A stretch of DNA of 64,000 nucleotides from Bacillota bacterium (lineage in GTDB: Bacteria > Bacillota > Clostridia > Acetivibrionales > DTU013): assembly GCA_023399355.1 (NCBI GenBank), contig JAEWQC010000276.1:1714-65713 (forward strand), in the 5' to 3' direction. Positions 9,264 to 20,573 of the stretch are shown here, in pieces. The translations under genes and the position numbers were made by a program. The notes below the pieces were generated by a model, which did no database searches, was not told the origin of the DNA, and was given only the letters and a program-made list of their open reading frames with translations. Numbering within the stretch: the first letter of the stretch is position 1; every line of letters starts with the position of its first letter.

Positions 9264-10904
9264 TTATTTCACTGCCAATATCACACTGCTTGCAAGGTAA
9301 GGCACCGACCTGTCCATCAAGGCTGCCATCTGCCCGCGGACAATTCTGTCGCCGGGGTGGAAGCTGCCATCCGGGTAACCTTGCAGTATTCCTGCGGCAG
9401 CTATCCTGTTTATGGCTTCATAGGACCATGGAGCGCCCTTGGGAGTAACATCCGGAAATACAGAATTTGCTGCTGTGCCAGGTTTCAGGACCCTATCGAG
9501 CAATACCGCCATCTGTTCCCTCGTTAATGTCGCATCAGGGTCAAATTTGCCGGCTCCGGTTCCTTCCACAATACCATATTTCCTGGCGGCTTCGATTTCA
9601 GTCCGTGCCCAGTGGTTTGCGGTATCGGTAAAAGTTGCCTGGTACTGGACCGCAGTGGTGTCAATGCCTAGCGCTCTTACCAGTATCACTGCAGCCTGTG
9701 CTCTTGTAACCGGTGAATCCGGCATGAATTGCGTATCGGAGGCACCTATCATCCAACCCTTGTTAACCATATCCAGTATAGATTGTCTTGCCCAACTACT
9801 CTGTGCGTCCTTGAAGAAAACACCGTTCAGCCACAGTGAATAGTAATCCCATGTATTCTGGGTTTCCTGTCCGAGGCTCCAGCTTCCGGTGCCTTTGAGA
9901 TCATACTTCTCCACAAGTGCCAGCTTGCTTTTTATGGATGCTTCATTTTCAAACCAGATGTCATATTTTCCTGCATCCAGGGTTCTGCCGAAAACCTGTG
10001 GTTTCACGTCACTGCTCAAAATAGTAATGGTCGCCTTCGGTGACTTCTGGATACTGTCGTATGTGATCTTGCCTTGATATTTCGCAATCAGGCTTTCCAC
10101 CGTCGTATTGCTGATACCGTATCCGCCATAGCTGGAGCCCTGTTTCCACAGTCTTCCGTAAAAAGCCACCCCCAGCACAAGTTTATTTGCAGGCACCTTT
10201 TCCAATGCTGCATTTATGGTTTTTTCCACAAACGGGTATCCCGCTACAGGGCCAGCCGGGCCGCCCTGATAAGACTCGTCATAAGCCATAAGCATCAGAT
10301 AGTCGCTGTATTGTGCAAGAGCCGCAAAATCATATGAACCATACCAACCTGTTGTCGAGCCGTAAGGGTTCGGTGCAACGGCGATAGACAAGCTCTTTCC
10401 GGCAGGCAGCTTTTCTCTCAGCAGCCTCATGAAATCCGTATTGCTATCTCTTTCAGTCTCTGTTAAATTTTCAATATCCACATTTATACCATCAAGATTG
10501 TATTCCTCTATTGCAGATGCTATCTGCGACGCCAGCACCTCTCTATTAGCCAGTGCATTTATCCCTGTCTGCCTGTCCCAGTGGTTGCTTAAAAAGGGTG
10601 TTACCTTTACTCCCCTTGCATGCATTTCTTTTATAAAATTCCGGTCTACAGCGATTGTAAGCTTTAATGTACCATCTGCATTCAAGTCAAAATAGCTGGG
10701 TGAAATGTCATTCAGAGATCCCCCTGTACCATCTACATAATGTGTATATGAGCTTGAATTACCGAAATAGACATAGCTCATGTTGAACCTTTCGTCCTTT
10801 TCAGAAACCGTTGCAGCAGCTGAAACAGCTCCTGCAGTATTAAAAGCAAACATTATCATTGCCAATAAGGCAAGCTTTCCTTTTAGGCCTGTTACAAAAC
10901 TCAA
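9264..10904 (-). CDS. Cell-surface GH18 glycoside hydrolase with three C-terminal SLH domains
   Basis: GH18 catalytic motif LDGINVDIE (DxxDxDxE). Three C-terminal SLH repeats (FKDAQSSWARQSI..., FTDTANHWARTEI..., FPDVTPKGAPWSYEAI...). Start proposed at the TTG at 10904, preceded by GGGGGTGG, giving signal peptide MSFVTGLKGKLALLAMIMFAFNTAGAVSAAA. The track ORF extends to 10979. Confidence 0.8.
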   Translation of the reverse strand: MSFVTGLKGKLALLAMIMFAFNTAGAVSAAATVSEKDERFNMSYVYFGNSSSYTHYVDGTGGSLNDISPSYFDLNADGTLKLTIAVDRNFIKEMHARGVKVTPFLSNHWDRQTGINALANREVLASQIASAIEEYNLDGINVDIENLTETERDSNTDFMRLLREKLPAGKSLSIAVAPNPYGSTTGWYGSYDFAALAQYSDYLMLMAYDESYQGGPAGPVAGYPFVEKTINAALEKVPANKLVLGVAFYGRLWKQGSSYGGYGISNTTVESLIAKYQGKITYDSIQKSPKATITILSSDVKPQVFGRTLDAGKYDIWFENEASIKSKLALVEKYDLKGTGSWSLGQETQNTWDYYSLWLNGVFFKDAQSSWARQSILDMVNKGWMIGASDTQFMPDSPVTRAQAAVILVRALGIDTTAVQYQATFTDTANHWARTEIEAARKYGIVEGTGAGKFDPDATLTREQMAVLLDRVLKPGTAANSVFPDVTPKGAPWSYEAINRIAAAGILQGYPDGSFHPGDRIVRGQMAALMDRSVPYLASSVILAVK

Positions 10905-11502
10905 TGTATTCCACCCCCATTCCACATATACCTTACAACATGAGCCTTTCGAAAGCAATGAACAATTTATGTAAACCAAATTAAAACTGGTCCCTATAAC
11001 GCATCTGTTTAAGGAAAATGTTTCGATTGCAGAAACATTTTCTTATCATCGCTGCGTTTCTACAAGGTGAAGATATGTTCACCGACAGAAAATCAAAACG
11101 ATATACTCTCCCGGCTTTTTGCAAAAGCAGAAGAGCCAAGTGGTAAGGGAGATCTTTTGCCTTGTTATAATAAGAAATAGACTAACTGAATATAAATGAA
11201 ATATGAAAAGATTGATAGCCTTTTACATAACCAAAAGGAAAAAAGCGTTAATCCTGATTGCTCTCATGATTCCGCTTATATTTCTTGTACTGTTGATATT
11301 AAGTCTCGCTTCACTTCCCTGACTGTAATGGAAATTGCCATACGTTCATCTATTTAATTAAGATAATACTTTATTGTCATGCCGGATCGAAAATGCTTCT
11401 GATCTGAAGCTGAGCGCTGAGCTCCTTCAGTGCAAGCAGGATGGACACATCCACGGTTCAGCTCTTGAATGCAGTCCTCCTGCCGGATCGTTTGTGCAGG
11501 AT

Positions 11503-13005
11503 TTATAACTTAAGTAATTTTACTACCTCAGCTTTCATCTCTTCCCTGCCACAACTCATTTTATGAAGGATTTCTTTATCTGCAAGCCCATTTAGCCCAG
11601 CGGGTATTTTTAGCTTACATTTTTCAGCGAGGATATCCAGCAATTCGAATTCCGTTTTTCCTTTAACTGCATCCTCACCCAATATTGCTCTTGCAACACT
11701 TTCATTGAATTTGAACGGACTTGCTGTCGAAGCAATAATGGTTCTGGTCATGTCTCCGGTGGAAATCACATATTTGTCATAGACATCTATTCCAACAGCA
11801 GTATGGGTATCAACGACATAATCGTACTCGTCATAGATTGCCTTGATTGTTTTGATCGTATCCGATTCGGAAGTGCATGAAGCCCAAAATAATTCCGAAA
11901 TTTTTTGTCTGGCATCTCCATTGACCGTATATTTGCCCTCGGTTTTCAGCTTGTTCATCCAATCGGACACTTGCTGTCCATCGTGTCGCGTAAGTTCAAA
12001 AAGTAATCTTTCAAGATTGCTTGAAATTAAAATATCCATGGATGGAGATATGGTCCTTTTAAACTCTCTGTTGCGATTATATACTCCCGTATTGATGAAT
12101 TCGGTCAGCACATCATTATCATTGGACGCGCAAATCAGCTTTTTGATCGGAAGACCCATTTCTCGTGCATACCAGGCCGCAAGGATGTTTCCGAAATTAC
12201 CTGTGGGTACCGCAAAATTTACAAGTTCGCCATTGTTTATTACTCCCGAAGCCAGAAGGTCGGCATAAGCGGAAAAATAGTAAACGATTTGAGGTACCAG
12301 CCGCCCCCAGTTAATCGAATTTGCAGAGGAGAATTTGAAGCCTTTCTGAAGCATTTCAGCATTTAGTGCGGTATCCGAAAAAATTGCCTTCACACCGTTC
12401 TGCGTATCGTCAAAATTACCTTTGACAGCTATCGAACAGACATTTCCGCCTTCCTGCGTCACCATCTGCATCTTCTGCACCTGGCTGACACCGTCTTCAG
12501 GGTAAAATACGATGATCCTGGTGCCCTTTACATCCTTAAATCCTTCAAGCGCAGCTTTTCCAGTATCTCCAGAGGTAGCGACCAATATTACCGTTTCAGC
12601 ATGCTCCCCTGTTTTTTCAACTGCCTTGACCAGAAAACGGGGCAGGATCTGCAGGGCTACATCTTTAAAAGCACAGGTAGGGCCATGCCACAATTCCAAT
12701 ATATATGCGTTGTTATTAAGCTTTCGAACGGGCACAACTGCATCTGTTTCAAATTTATTACCGCCGTAGGCACCATTAACACAATCCAGCAGTTCCTTAT
12801 GGGTATAATCATCAAGATAGCGTTCAAGTATGAAGACCGCTCTCTCTCTGTAACTCATGCCTGCAAGCGCATATATTTCATCCTGGGTGAGCTTTACAGC
12901 GGTCTCCGGTACAAAAAGGCCTCCATCCGGCGCAAGCCCCTGCTTTATAGCCTCTGCCGATACGATATTGTCTGTCCCGCCGCGTGTACTTCTATAATAC
13001 ATCAT
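11503..13005 (-). CDS. thrC: Threonine synthase
   Basis: 500 aa. PLP-lysine block GPTCAFKDVALQ and overall long-form ThrC sequence (MYYRSTRG... N-terminus). Confidence 0.9.
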   Translation of the reverse strand: MMYYRSTRGGTDNIVSAEAIKQGLAPDGGLFVPETAVKLTQDEIYALAGMSYRERAVFILERYLDDYTHKELLDCVNGAYGGNKFETDAVVPVRKLNNNAYILELWHGPTCAFKDVALQILPRFLVKAVEKTGEHAETVILVATSGDTGKAALEGFKDVKGTRIIVFYPEDGVSQVQKMQMVTQEGGNVCSIAVKGNFDDTQNGVKAIFSDTALNAEMLQKGFKFSSANSINWGRLVPQIVYYFSAYADLLASGVINNGELVNFAVPTGNFGNILAAWYAREMGLPIKKLICASNDNDVLTEFINTGVYNRNREFKRTISPSMDILISSNLERLLFELTRHDGQQVSDWMNKLKTEGKYTVNGDARQKISELFWASCTSESDTIKTIKAIYDEYDYVVDTHTAVGIDVYDKYVISTGDMTRTIIASTASPFKFNESVARAILGEDAVKGKTEFELLDILAEKCKLKIPAGLNGLADKEILHKMSCGREEMKAEVVKLLKL

Positions 13006-13179
13006 CTTATCCCCCTGGTATAAATGTTGTTTTAGTCGTCATATTTTCACTGTAATTCCCGCTAGTGCCCGTATTAAAAAGTTTTTTGGTCATGAGAAGC
13101 TTAACTTATATAATAATATAAATAAAGACAAAATAAAAGAAAGACTTTTAAACACTCCGGTTTTTTGCCAGGGCCAAAT

Positions 13180-14250
13180 TCAAATATTCAGATTCATTGC
13201 CGCCTTTCTACCTGATTCATACAGGGCATGTTTTTGATCAAGAGAAAGTTCAAAATCCAGAAAACCGACACTGCCTGTATCAATTTCTCCGTTAAATGCA
13301 AGCGCAGCTGGATTGTCTTCCGGCGAGCCTATATCATGTACCGCTGTTACCAGGCTCTTAAAAATGGACAGCGGAGTCTTCAGGTTGATGGTTTTCTTTT
13401 CAGAGGACCGCAGTCTGAAGCCTGCCGCAGGTATGCCGCTATTTCCCATCAGCCAGGTAGGATAAGAGTCAAGGACACCCCCATCCACCAAATTGTATTG
13501 AATCAAAGTGTCTCCTTCTCTTTTGGCAATTACTACAGGCTTAAATGCAAAAGGAACAGCCGTGCTGATCCGGATAGCCCTGGCCACCTCCAGATCATCC
13601 GGCCTGATCCCGTAAAAGGCGGCATCATCAGGCAGTATGACAACCTTCAGCCTATTGCAGTCGACGCCGGTCATCCTTGCTCTATACCCCGATGGATTGC
13701 TCTCATCCGCCTTTCCTCCCCTAAGATCCGCAAAGGTTCTTATTCCCCTTTTTAGCAGAACCCCTGCCATCCATTCTTCAAGCAAGTCCCCGTCAAACAG
13801 ACATCCATTCTTGCAAAGCTTGAGAATACCCTGCAAGATTCCCCTTTTTTGATCAGGTTCATCATGTATGTTTCTGCTGCGGGGTGTAAACTGATTCAGG
13901 AAAAGTTCCATGATTTCTGCCGGGTACAGCTTGCTTTGTCTTGCATATGCAGACAGGTATCTGACTGCGGGGACTTTCTTTTCAATGGTATTCAGACTAA
14001 ACTTATCCAGTTCAAGAGCCTCTAGAGTATTCCACATTCCTTCGGTATTGTAGCCCGCACAAGCAAGAGTTGCAGCAATCGCCCCCGAAGACACGCCCGC
14101 CAGATTCACGGGCATGTAACCTTTCTTCCTGATGGCATCAAAAGTGCCCACATAGGCAATCCCCTTTACTCCTCCCCCGCCCAGCAAGATGTTCAACCGC
14201 CTTATATTCCGATACATCCACACCACCCGCCTAAAAATTCTCCGGGGCAC
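13180..14250 (-). CDS. Patatin-like phospholipase
   Basis: Oxyanion motif GGGGVKG, nucleophile GVSSG and catalytic Asp block VDGGV. The start is uncertain: GTG at 14250 or ATG at 14217. Confidence 0.8.
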   Translation of the reverse strand: MPRRIFRRVVWMYRNIRRLNILLGGGGVKGIAYVGTFDAIRKKGYMPVNLAGVSSGAIAATLACAGYNTEGMWNTLEALELDKFSLNTIEKKVPAVRYLSAYARQSKLYPAEIMELFLNQFTPRSRNIHDEPDQKRGILQGILKLCKNGCLFDGDLLEEWMAGVLLKRGIRTFADLRGGKADESNPSGYRARMTGVDCNRLKVVILPDDAAFYGIRPDDLEVARAIRISTAVPFAFKPVVIAKREGDTLIQYNLVDGGVLDSYPTWLMGNSGIPAAGFRLRSSEKKTINLKTPLSIFKSLVTAVHDIGSPEDNPAALAFNGEIDTGSVGFLDFELSLDQKHALYESGRKAAMNLNI

Positions 14251-14405
14251 CGAACCCCTCCAGAGTTATTTACATGCAAATCCGCAGCAAAAAATATAGT
14301 ACTGCAATAACATCACAGTACTATATTATCCTGGCATTTGTTGTTTCGAGCATGTACGGGCGGTAATTCCACCTCCATAACAAGGTTATCTCCTGAAAAT
14401 TTCAG

Positions 14406-15524
14406 CTATGGGTTTCTTGTCAGTTGATTTATTTTTACCTTTGCACTTCTTGCATAAGTGCTTGCCGGGTAGTCGTTTATCAATTTCTGAAACAATGCCA
14501 CCGCACTTCGGGAATCCTGCAGAGTCTGGCAGCACCTTCCCATATAATACAGGGTGGCATCCATGCGATTGAATTGTGGGTAGTAAACCTGGACTTTCTC
14601 CAGTTTCTTGAGTGAATCCTGATACTTCCGGCTGTTGTAAAGCTTGTAGCCCTGGTCATAAGATACCTTTGCCGCCAGCGGCATCACTGTCTTACACAGT
14701 CCGTCGAATTTCACTTTCCCGGCATCTCTGAATTCAATCGTTTTCATCAGTAGAAGCATGTCCGCGGCGTTCTCATATTTTTTCGCAGACACCAGCGCAT
14801 CGATATCATATAGTTTAATGACTGCCTTATAGTAGTCGGCCTGCTGCACTGCGCCATCCTTGTCCTTCTGCAGCAGATCGTATTTATCCTTCCATTGGGC
14901 CAGTTCCGCTTCATACGAAGCTTTGTCATTGTTTTGCACAGTACTTGCATCTGTTTGGTTTGGTTCAACCTTATCGGCCTCCTTATCCGGCAGAGAAAAG
15001 AAAATCACTGCCGACAAAAGTATACCGACAATCATACCGGCTCCTATCTTTATTGCACTGCCCCAGGTATTCCGCCTGATCCTGAACATTGGCTCCGCCT
15101 CTTTAGGCGTCCTGACTCTTTTTAGAGGTTCTCCGGGCTGTTCGGCAGGTTTTTTTACGGACTTGCCTTTCTGAGGCTGGACCGAATCGCTTAATCCCAT
15201 CCGCTGTATGAAATTCACGGCTAAAACACTGTTCGATTCAGCTCTCATGACCCTGTCGAACATTTCAGAGGCCTTTTCGTTCTCGCCAAGGTAACTGTAA
15301 CAGATCCCAAGCAGATTCATTGCCTCATAAAATTGTGGATTCATGGAGGTGGCCTTTTTAAGCTCAATTACAGCAATATCTTCGCTGCCGGACTTGAGGC
15401 TTTCTATGGCTTTGTTGTAAAGGAATATAGAATTTCTGATATTGTCAGGTACCTGTTCTGCGCCGTGTGCAATATCTTCCAGATTGATTGCCTTGAAATT
15501 CTGGAGTTCCGCATTAAGATCCAT
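14406..15524 (-). CDS. TPR-repeat membrane-anchored protein
   Basis: 372 aa. N-terminal TPR-like repeats (AIESLKSGSEDIAVIELKKATSMNPQFYEAMNLLGICY), a central hydrophobic segment (GAGMIVGILLSAVIFF) and C-terminal TPR/YfiO-like repeats. Confidence 0.6.
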   Translation of the reverse strand: MDLNAELQNFKAINLEDIAHGAEQVPDNIRNSIFLYNKAIESLKSGSEDIAVIELKKATSMNPQFYEAMNLLGICYSYLGENEKASEMFDRVMRAESNSVLAVNFIQRMGLSDSVQPQKGKSVKKPAEQPGEPLKRVRTPKEAEPMFRIRRNTWGSAIKIGAGMIVGILLSAVIFFSLPDKEADKVEPNQTDASTVQNNDKASYEAELAQWKDKYDLLQKDKDGAVQQADYYKAVIKLYDIDALVSAKKYENAADMLLLMKTIEFRDAGKVKFDGLCKTVMPLAAKVSYDQGYKLYNSRKYQDSLKKLEKVQVYYPQFNRMDATLYYMGRCCQTLQDSRSAVALFQKLINDYPASTYARSAKVKINQLTRNP

Positions 15525-15545
15525 TCGTGAACCTCACCCCCAAAT

Positions 15546-16823
15546 CTATAGTCCAAAAGCACTCCGTACAGTGCCAATATAGTACAGTGACCCAAAAGCA
15601 CAAATAACCTCATCGTTGGAAGCTGTCTTCATACAGATATCTACAGCACTTTTAATTGTATCACTAATTTGTACATTCTTACAATAGCGACCGGCTGCCT
15701 TTGCCAATTCTGATGCAGGCAGGGCTTTCGGGCTGTCCGTTGTGATGGCAAAAAGCCTCTTGCAGCCTGGCAGGACTGTTTTCATCATTGCAATATAATC
15801 CTTGTCACTAAGAACACCCATGATCAAAGTGACCGGCCTCCTTGGAAAATACTCCTCTAAAGCTTTCCTGAGTACAAAAGCCCCCTCAGCATTATGAGCA
15901 CTGTCAATGATGACGATCGGCTTTCTGGAAAGAATCTCAAGCCTGCCCGGCCATTTTGTGTTGAAGAGACCTCTTCTCAGCGCAGCTTCAGATATCCTGT
16001 AGCCCTTTCTTATCAGTTGCTCTGCTGCCATTATCGCTACAGCGGCATTATGGGTCTGATGGCTTCCAAGAAGACCGATCCGTAGCCCGTCATAGCTCCC
16101 ATAGCTCATTATCTGGCCATCTGTTCCATATTCATGCAGCGAAAGACTGGAAAAATCAGTTTTATGGAGTGTTGCACCTCTTTCAGCGCATGCTTTTTCA
16201 AAGACCTGCTCCACCTCGGGATCCTGCCCGTAAAGGACAACATCCCCGCCGGACTTGATGATCCCGGCTTTTTCAAATGCAATCTCCTGCAACGTGTTCC
16301 CAAGCCTGTCCATGTGATCGTAACTAATGGTCGTAATCACCGCAAGCTCGGGCGTATCTATGATATTTGTCGAATCAAACCTGCCTCCAAGTCCTACCTC
16401 GAGTACAACGATATCGCATTTCCTGCGATAGTAGTACTCGAACGCAATGGCGGTAACCAGTTCAAATTCCGTCGGATGGTTTTCTCCCATCTCGAGCATC
16501 CTGTCGGCGCACTTTTTTACAAAACCAGTAATGTCCGCCAGATCCTCTTCATTTATTTCATCGTTGCCTATCCGTATTCTTTCAGTGAAACGCTGGATGA
16601 ATGGAGAGGTATATATTCCGGTCCTGTATCCGGCTTCAATAAGAATACTGCTTATAAAAGCCACTGTAGAACCTTTTCCGTTCGTTCCTGCAATGTGCAC
16701 GAATTTCAACTTCTTCTGCGGGTCTCCCATCAAATTCAGCAACATCCCGATATTGTGAAGTCCAAGCTTGCTGCCGAATTTCAATGTCCCGTGTATATAA
16801 TCCAATGCTTCGTCATAGTTCAT
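15546..16823 (-). CDS. folC: Folylpolyglutamate synthase / dihydrofolate synthase
   Basis: 425 aa. P-loop HIAGTNGKGST and Mur-ligase-family layout. Confidence 0.9.
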   Translation of the reverse strand: MNYDEALDYIHGTLKFGSKLGLHNIGMLLNLMGDPQKKLKFVHIAGTNGKGSTVAFISSILIEAGYRTGIYTSPFIQRFTERIRIGNDEINEEDLADITGFVKKCADRMLEMGENHPTEFELVTAIAFEYYYRRKCDIVVLEVGLGGRFDSTNIIDTPELAVITTISYDHMDRLGNTLQEIAFEKAGIIKSGGDVVLYGQDPEVEQVFEKACAERGATLHKTDFSSLSLHEYGTDGQIMSYGSYDGLRIGLLGSHQTHNAAVAIMAAEQLIRKGYRISEAALRRGLFNTKWPGRLEILSRKPIVIIDSAHNAEGAFVLRKALEEYFPRRPVTLIMGVLSDKDYIAMMKTVLPGCKRLFAITTDSPKALPASELAKAAGRYCKNVQISDTIKSAVDICMKTASNDEVICAFGSLYYIGTVRSAFGL

Positions 16824-16906
16824 AATTCAATCCTGCTTTTGTAAGTTTATCTGCTGCCCGCCGCATTCTTGAAAGTACCGGGAGCAAGCTGCCGGCTCCG
16901 ACAATA

Positions 16907-19654
16907 TCAGGCCTCGTTTGCTCCATGGCACTTCTTATACTTCTTTCCGCTTCCGCACGGACACAGGTCGTTCCTGCCGACCTTGTCGCTGCTGCGTGCC
17001 GCCTGTTTCTTCGGTTCTTCGTCGCCATGGCTGGCAGTAATCGGTTCGGCTACTTTTTCACGTCTGGGCGCTTCATGCTCACGGTCAATACGAACATGCA
17101 GCAACATTTTCACTGAATCCTGCTGGATATTTCTGATCATTTCCTCAAACATGTCGAAGCCTTCAATCCTGTATTCGACGACCGGATCCCTCTGGGCATA
17201 TCCCCTCATGCCGACACCATAACGGAGTTGATCCATTGCGTCTATATGATCCATCCACTTTTCATCAACTACTCTGAGGAGAACGATTCTTTCAATCTCC
17301 CTCATCATTTCGGAGCCATTTTCTGCTTCCTTGTTCTCATAGGCCTGGTTGGCCGCTGTCAGCATTTTCTCCCGGAGATCTTCTTTTGAGTAGTTTTCCA
17401 TCTCCTCCCGTGAAATGGAAAGCGCGCCCTTCGGCATGAAAATACTCTCGGCCTCCACCGCCATTGCCTCCCAATCCCAGAGATCCGGATGTGGACTATC
17501 CGAGCAGTAGGTCGCAACTACCCCATCTACAGTACCTTCCAGCATTTTCACAAAGGACTCTTTTAGATTCTCTCCGTTGAGTACCTGCTTGCGTTGCTTG
17601 TAAATGACTTCCCTCTGTTTATTCATGACATCGTCATACTGGAGGACTTGCTTTCTGATAGCGAAGTTCTTTCCCTCAACCCTGCGTTGTGCACTTTCGA
17701 TCGCATTGGAAAGCATTCTGTGCTCGATCGGCTGATCTTCTTCCAGTCCGAGCGCATTTACCACATTCGTGAGTCTGTCCGACCCGAAAAGCCTCATTAG
17801 GTCATCTTCAAGCGAAATGTAGAAGCGGGAGGAACCCGGGTCTCCCTGACGGCCTGAACGACCTCTCAGCTGATTGTCAATACGTCTGGATTCATGGCGT
17901 TCGGTACCGATGATATGAAGGCCGCCTGCTTCAATAACCTTATTTCTCTCAACACTTATCTTCTTTTTGAATTCTTCGTCATACTGATTAAAAGCCGCCC
18001 TGACTTTTAAAATTTCTTCATCATCCGTATCATTATAGCTCGTGGATTCGCTGATGAGTTCTTCCGAATAGCCCTGTTTCCGGAGTTCCTGCTTCGCCAT
18101 GAACTCATCATTTCCACCGAGCACAATATCCGTACCACGACCCGCCATATTCGTTGCAATCGTCACCGCATTGAATTTACCGGCTTGTGCGATAATTTCA
18201 GCTTCCTTCTCATGGAACTTGGCATTCAACACCTGATGTGCAATACCGCGCTTTTTGAGCATACTGCTCAGAAACTCGGACTTCTCAATGGAGATGGTAC
18301 CGATCAAGATCGGCTGTCCCACTTTGTGACGCTCCACGATTTCTTCTATGACAGCATTGAATTTCCCGACTTCGTTTTTGAAAACGCAATCCGGATGGTC
18401 AACCCTGATCATCGGCATGTTTGTTGGTATGACAATAACGTCCAGTTTATAGATTGTCTGAAATTCCTGTTCTTCGGTCTGGGCTGTACCAGTCATGCCG
18501 GCCAGCTTGTCATACATTCTGAAATAATTCTGGAAGGTGATGGTTGCAAGCGTTTTGCTTTCCCTCTCGACCTTGACATTCTCTTTTGCCTCGATCGCCT
18601 GATGCAGACCGTCACTGTAGCGTCTTCCATACATCAGACGTCCTGTGAATTCATCAACAATAATGACCTCTCCATCTTTAACGACATAGTCCTTGTCATT
18701 TTTCATCAAGCCATGCGCTTTAATAGCCTGGTTGATATGATGGGATATTGTCAGGTTTTCGGTATCGGACAGATTCTCCAGTCCGAAAAACTGCTCGGCT
18801 CTGGTGACGCCACGGGCAGTCAGCGCCGCCGAATGCGCCTTTTCATCCACGATATAGTCGGCATCGGCTTCATCTTCCTGCTGCTTGTCGTCAGTCTGGG
18901 TATAAACCTTCACCCTCAGCCTTGAAGCAAATGTATTCGCCTTTTTGTAAAGGTCGGTCGACTTGTCTCCTGCTCCTGAAATAATGAGAGGCGTTCTGGC
19001 TTCATCGACGAGAATACTGTCCACTTCATCGACGATGGCATAATGCAGTTCCCTCTGCACCATTTCTTCCTTATAGATGACCATGTTGTCCCTGAGGTAG
19101 TCAAACCCGAATTCATTATTTGTACCATAGGTTATATCGCAATTGTATGCCTCTCTTCGCTCCACATTATCCAGATCATGGACAATCAACCCTACAGTGA
19201 GGCCCAGAAAATTATAGATCTTGCCCATCCATTCGCTGTCACGCCGTGCCAGGTAGTCGTTGACCGTTACGACATGTACCCCCTTGCCTTCAAGAGCATT
19301 AAGGTATACAGGGAGCGTTGCCATCAACGTTTTGCCCTCGCCTGTTTTCATTTCGGAGATTCTGCCCTGATGCAATACAATGCCGCCAATCAGTTGAACG
19401 TTAAAATGTCTTTTTCCAAGAACCCTGCACGAAGCCTCCCGCACTACTGCAAACGCTTCAGGAAGTATATCGTTCAGGGTCTCGCCCTCTTCCAGCCTCT
19501 TTTTGAATTCCGGTGTCTTTGCCTTAAGCTGCTCATCTGACAACGGCTTTATTTTAGGCTCCATCTCTTCTATTTCATCCACAATGGGCATAATTCTTTT
19601 TAACTCTCTATCGCTATAGGAGCCTATCACCTTTTCAATAATACTCTTTACCAT
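16907..19654 (-). CDS. secA: Preprotein translocase ATPase SecA
   Basis: 915 aa. Walker [13 protein letters not shown]-like [19 protein letters not shown], and C-terminal zinc finger [14 protein letters not shown]. Confidence 0.97.
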   Translation of the reverse strand: MVKSIIEKVIGSYSDRELKRIMPIVDEIEEMEPKIKPLSDEQLKAKTPEFKKRLEEGETLNDILPEAFAVVREASCRVLGKRHFNVQLIGGIVLHQGRISEMKTGEGKTLMATLPVYLNALEGKGVHVVTVNDYLARRDSEWMGKIYNFLGLTVGLIVHDLDNVERREAYNCDITYGTNNEFGFDYLRDNMVIYKEEMVQRELHYAIVDEVDSILVDEARTPLIISGAGDKSTDLYKKANTFASRLRVKVYTQTDDKQQEDEADADYIVDEKAHSAALTARGVTRAEQFFGLENLSDTENLTISHHINQAIKAHGLMKNDKDYVVKDGEVIIVDEFTGRLMYGRRYSDGLHQAIEAKENVKVERESKTLATITFQNYFRMYDKLAGMTGTAQTEEQEFQTIYKLDVIVIPTNMPMIRVDHPDCVFKNEVGKFNAVIEEIVERHKVGQPILIGTISIEKSEFLSSMLKKRGIAHQVLNAKFHEKEAEIIAQAGKFNAVTIATNMAGRGTDIVLGGNDEFMAKQELRKQGYSEELISESTSYNDTDDEEILKVRAAFNQYDEEFKKKISVERNKVIEAGGLHIIGTERHESRRIDNQLRGRSGRQGDPGSSRFYISLEDDLMRLFGSDRLTNVVNALGLEEDQPIEHRMLSNAIESAQRRVEGKNFAIRKQVLQYDDVMNKQREVIYKQRKQVLNGENLKESFVKMLEGTVDGVVATYCSDSPHPDLWDWEAMAVEAESIFMPKGALSISREEMENYSKEDLREKMLTAANQAYENKEAENGSEMMREIERIVLLRVVDEKWMDHIDAMDQLRYGVGMRGYAQRDPVVEYRIEGFDMFEEMIRNIQQDSVKMLLHVRIDREHEAPRREKVAEPITASHGDEEPKKQAARSSDKVGRNDLCPCGSGKKYKKCHGANEA

Positions 19655-19699
19655 AAAATACCTCCATATAATGTGTTTTTACAAGTTCTCAGTGTAGCT

Positions 19700-20083
19700 T
19701 TAACATGGAGGAGAGATATCAGAACCGCATGAAAAAATCTCACCTTTGCAGGATGAATTCAAGCACTGTTCCGATGTTCCGAGCTGTTCATTCCGGCTGT
19801 TTTCCAGGCTGTCCGGCGTAATCCAGCCCGTCTGGCTGTCATGCCTGACTGATTGGATCATTTCCTGTATAGCAATAGCAGTCTCACTGGAATTGCATAA
19901 AAGCGCACTGTCTTTTTTCGCATCAGAAAAATCAGCCTGCTTTTCTGCATACGCAACAGCGGCATTATAAAAGCCAAGAAGTATATCTGCCGATATGGCA
20001 ATGTTTTGATCGATCTGAACGCCGACACCTTTTGATGCCAGTGTCGACAATATCAGAAATCCTATTACAAGACTCCTGAACAC
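19700..20083 (-). CDS. Hypothetical secreted protein
   Basis: 127 aa with an N-terminal signal-like segment MFRSLVIGFLILSTLASKG. Only 3 nt separate it from the yerC-like gene. No recognisable domain. Confidence 0.4.
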   Translation of the reverse strand: MFRSLVIGFLILSTLASKGVGVQIDQNIAISADILLGFYNAAVAYAEKQADFSDAKKDSALLCNSSETAIAIQEMIQSVRHDSQTGWITPDSLENSRNEQLGTSEQCLNSSCKGEIFSCGSDISPPC

Positions 20084-20085
20084 TA

Positions 20086-20382
20086 CTATCTTCCTTTCTC
20101 TTCAAGCCGTTCAAGCACTGTTTTATAACCATCCGCGCCATAATTGAGGCATCTGTTCACCCTGCTGATGGTCGCAGTACTTGCACCCGTTTTCTCACTG
20201 ATGTCCATATAAGTATACCCTGATTTGAGCATCTTGGCCACTTCCAGTCTTTGGGCCATGGCTTTAATCTCAGAGACCGTGCAGATATCCTCAAAGAAAT
20301 TATAACACTCTTCAGTATTTTCCAAAAGAAGTATCGCTTCAAATAAGCCATCCGTCAATTGATCCTGTATTTTGGAATTCAT
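20086..20382 (-). CDS. yerC: TrpR-like YerC/YecD family DNA-binding protein
   Basis: 98 aa. Blocks LFEAILLLENTEECYNFFEDICT and ISEKTGASTATISRVNRCLNYG are typical of the YerC/YecD family. Confidence 0.8.
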   Translation of the reverse strand: MNSKIQDQLTDGLFEAILLLENTEECYNFFEDICTVSEIKAMAQRLEVAKMLKSGYTYMDISEKTGASTATISRVNRCLNYGADGYKTVLERLEEKGR

Positions 20383-20411
20383 GCAAGGCTCACTCCAATA
20401 ATTTATTCCCT

Positions 20412-20431
20412 ATTGCAAATTTTTTTGCAAT
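20412..20431. promoter_or_regulatory. Palindrome ATTGCAAA-N4-TTTGCAAT upstream of the yerC-like gene
   Basis: Perfect 8-bp inverted arms about 30 nt upstream of the yerC-like start, in the divergent intergenic region. Possible operator. Confidence 0.3.
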
Positions 20432-20513
20432 ATATAACTTCACACTTTAATACGGTAAAATATTAAAATGCATTATGAGACTACAATACCAGCTTTTTTT
20501 GCCATAGTCAATA

Positions 20514-20543
20514 TTAGCAAACATGCGGTATCCATGATATAAT
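20514..20543 (+). promoter_or_regulatory. Sigma-A-type promoter for the GNAT-like gene
   Basis: TTAGCA (-35), an 18-nt spacer and extended -10 TGATATAAT. It lies about 30 nt upstream of the GGAGG RBS and ATG at 20577. Confidence 0.45.
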
Positions 20544-20573
20544 GGTAAGGGGTCACATCTCTGGAGGTATTTA

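Noticed and set aside
11203-11322. 39-aa hydrophobic micro-ORF (MKRLIAFYITKRKKALILIALMIPLIFLVLLILSLASLP) in the thrC / GH18 intergenic region
   Set aside because: No RBS is visible upstream and there is no supporting context. It could be real but is not supportable from sequence alone.
11340-11500. Possible riboswitch or sRNA downstream of thrC (hairpin CTGAAGCTGAGC...GCTCCTTCAG and repeated TGCCGGATCG)
   Set aside because: There is no match to any riboswitch consensus I know and no clean terminator. It lies downstream of, not upstream of, thrC.
16134-19540. Long antisense ORFs inside folC and secA (16134-16844, 18185-18925, 19043-19540)
   Set aside because: They lie entirely antisense to strongly supported housekeeping genes, and their composition is typical of shadow ORFs.
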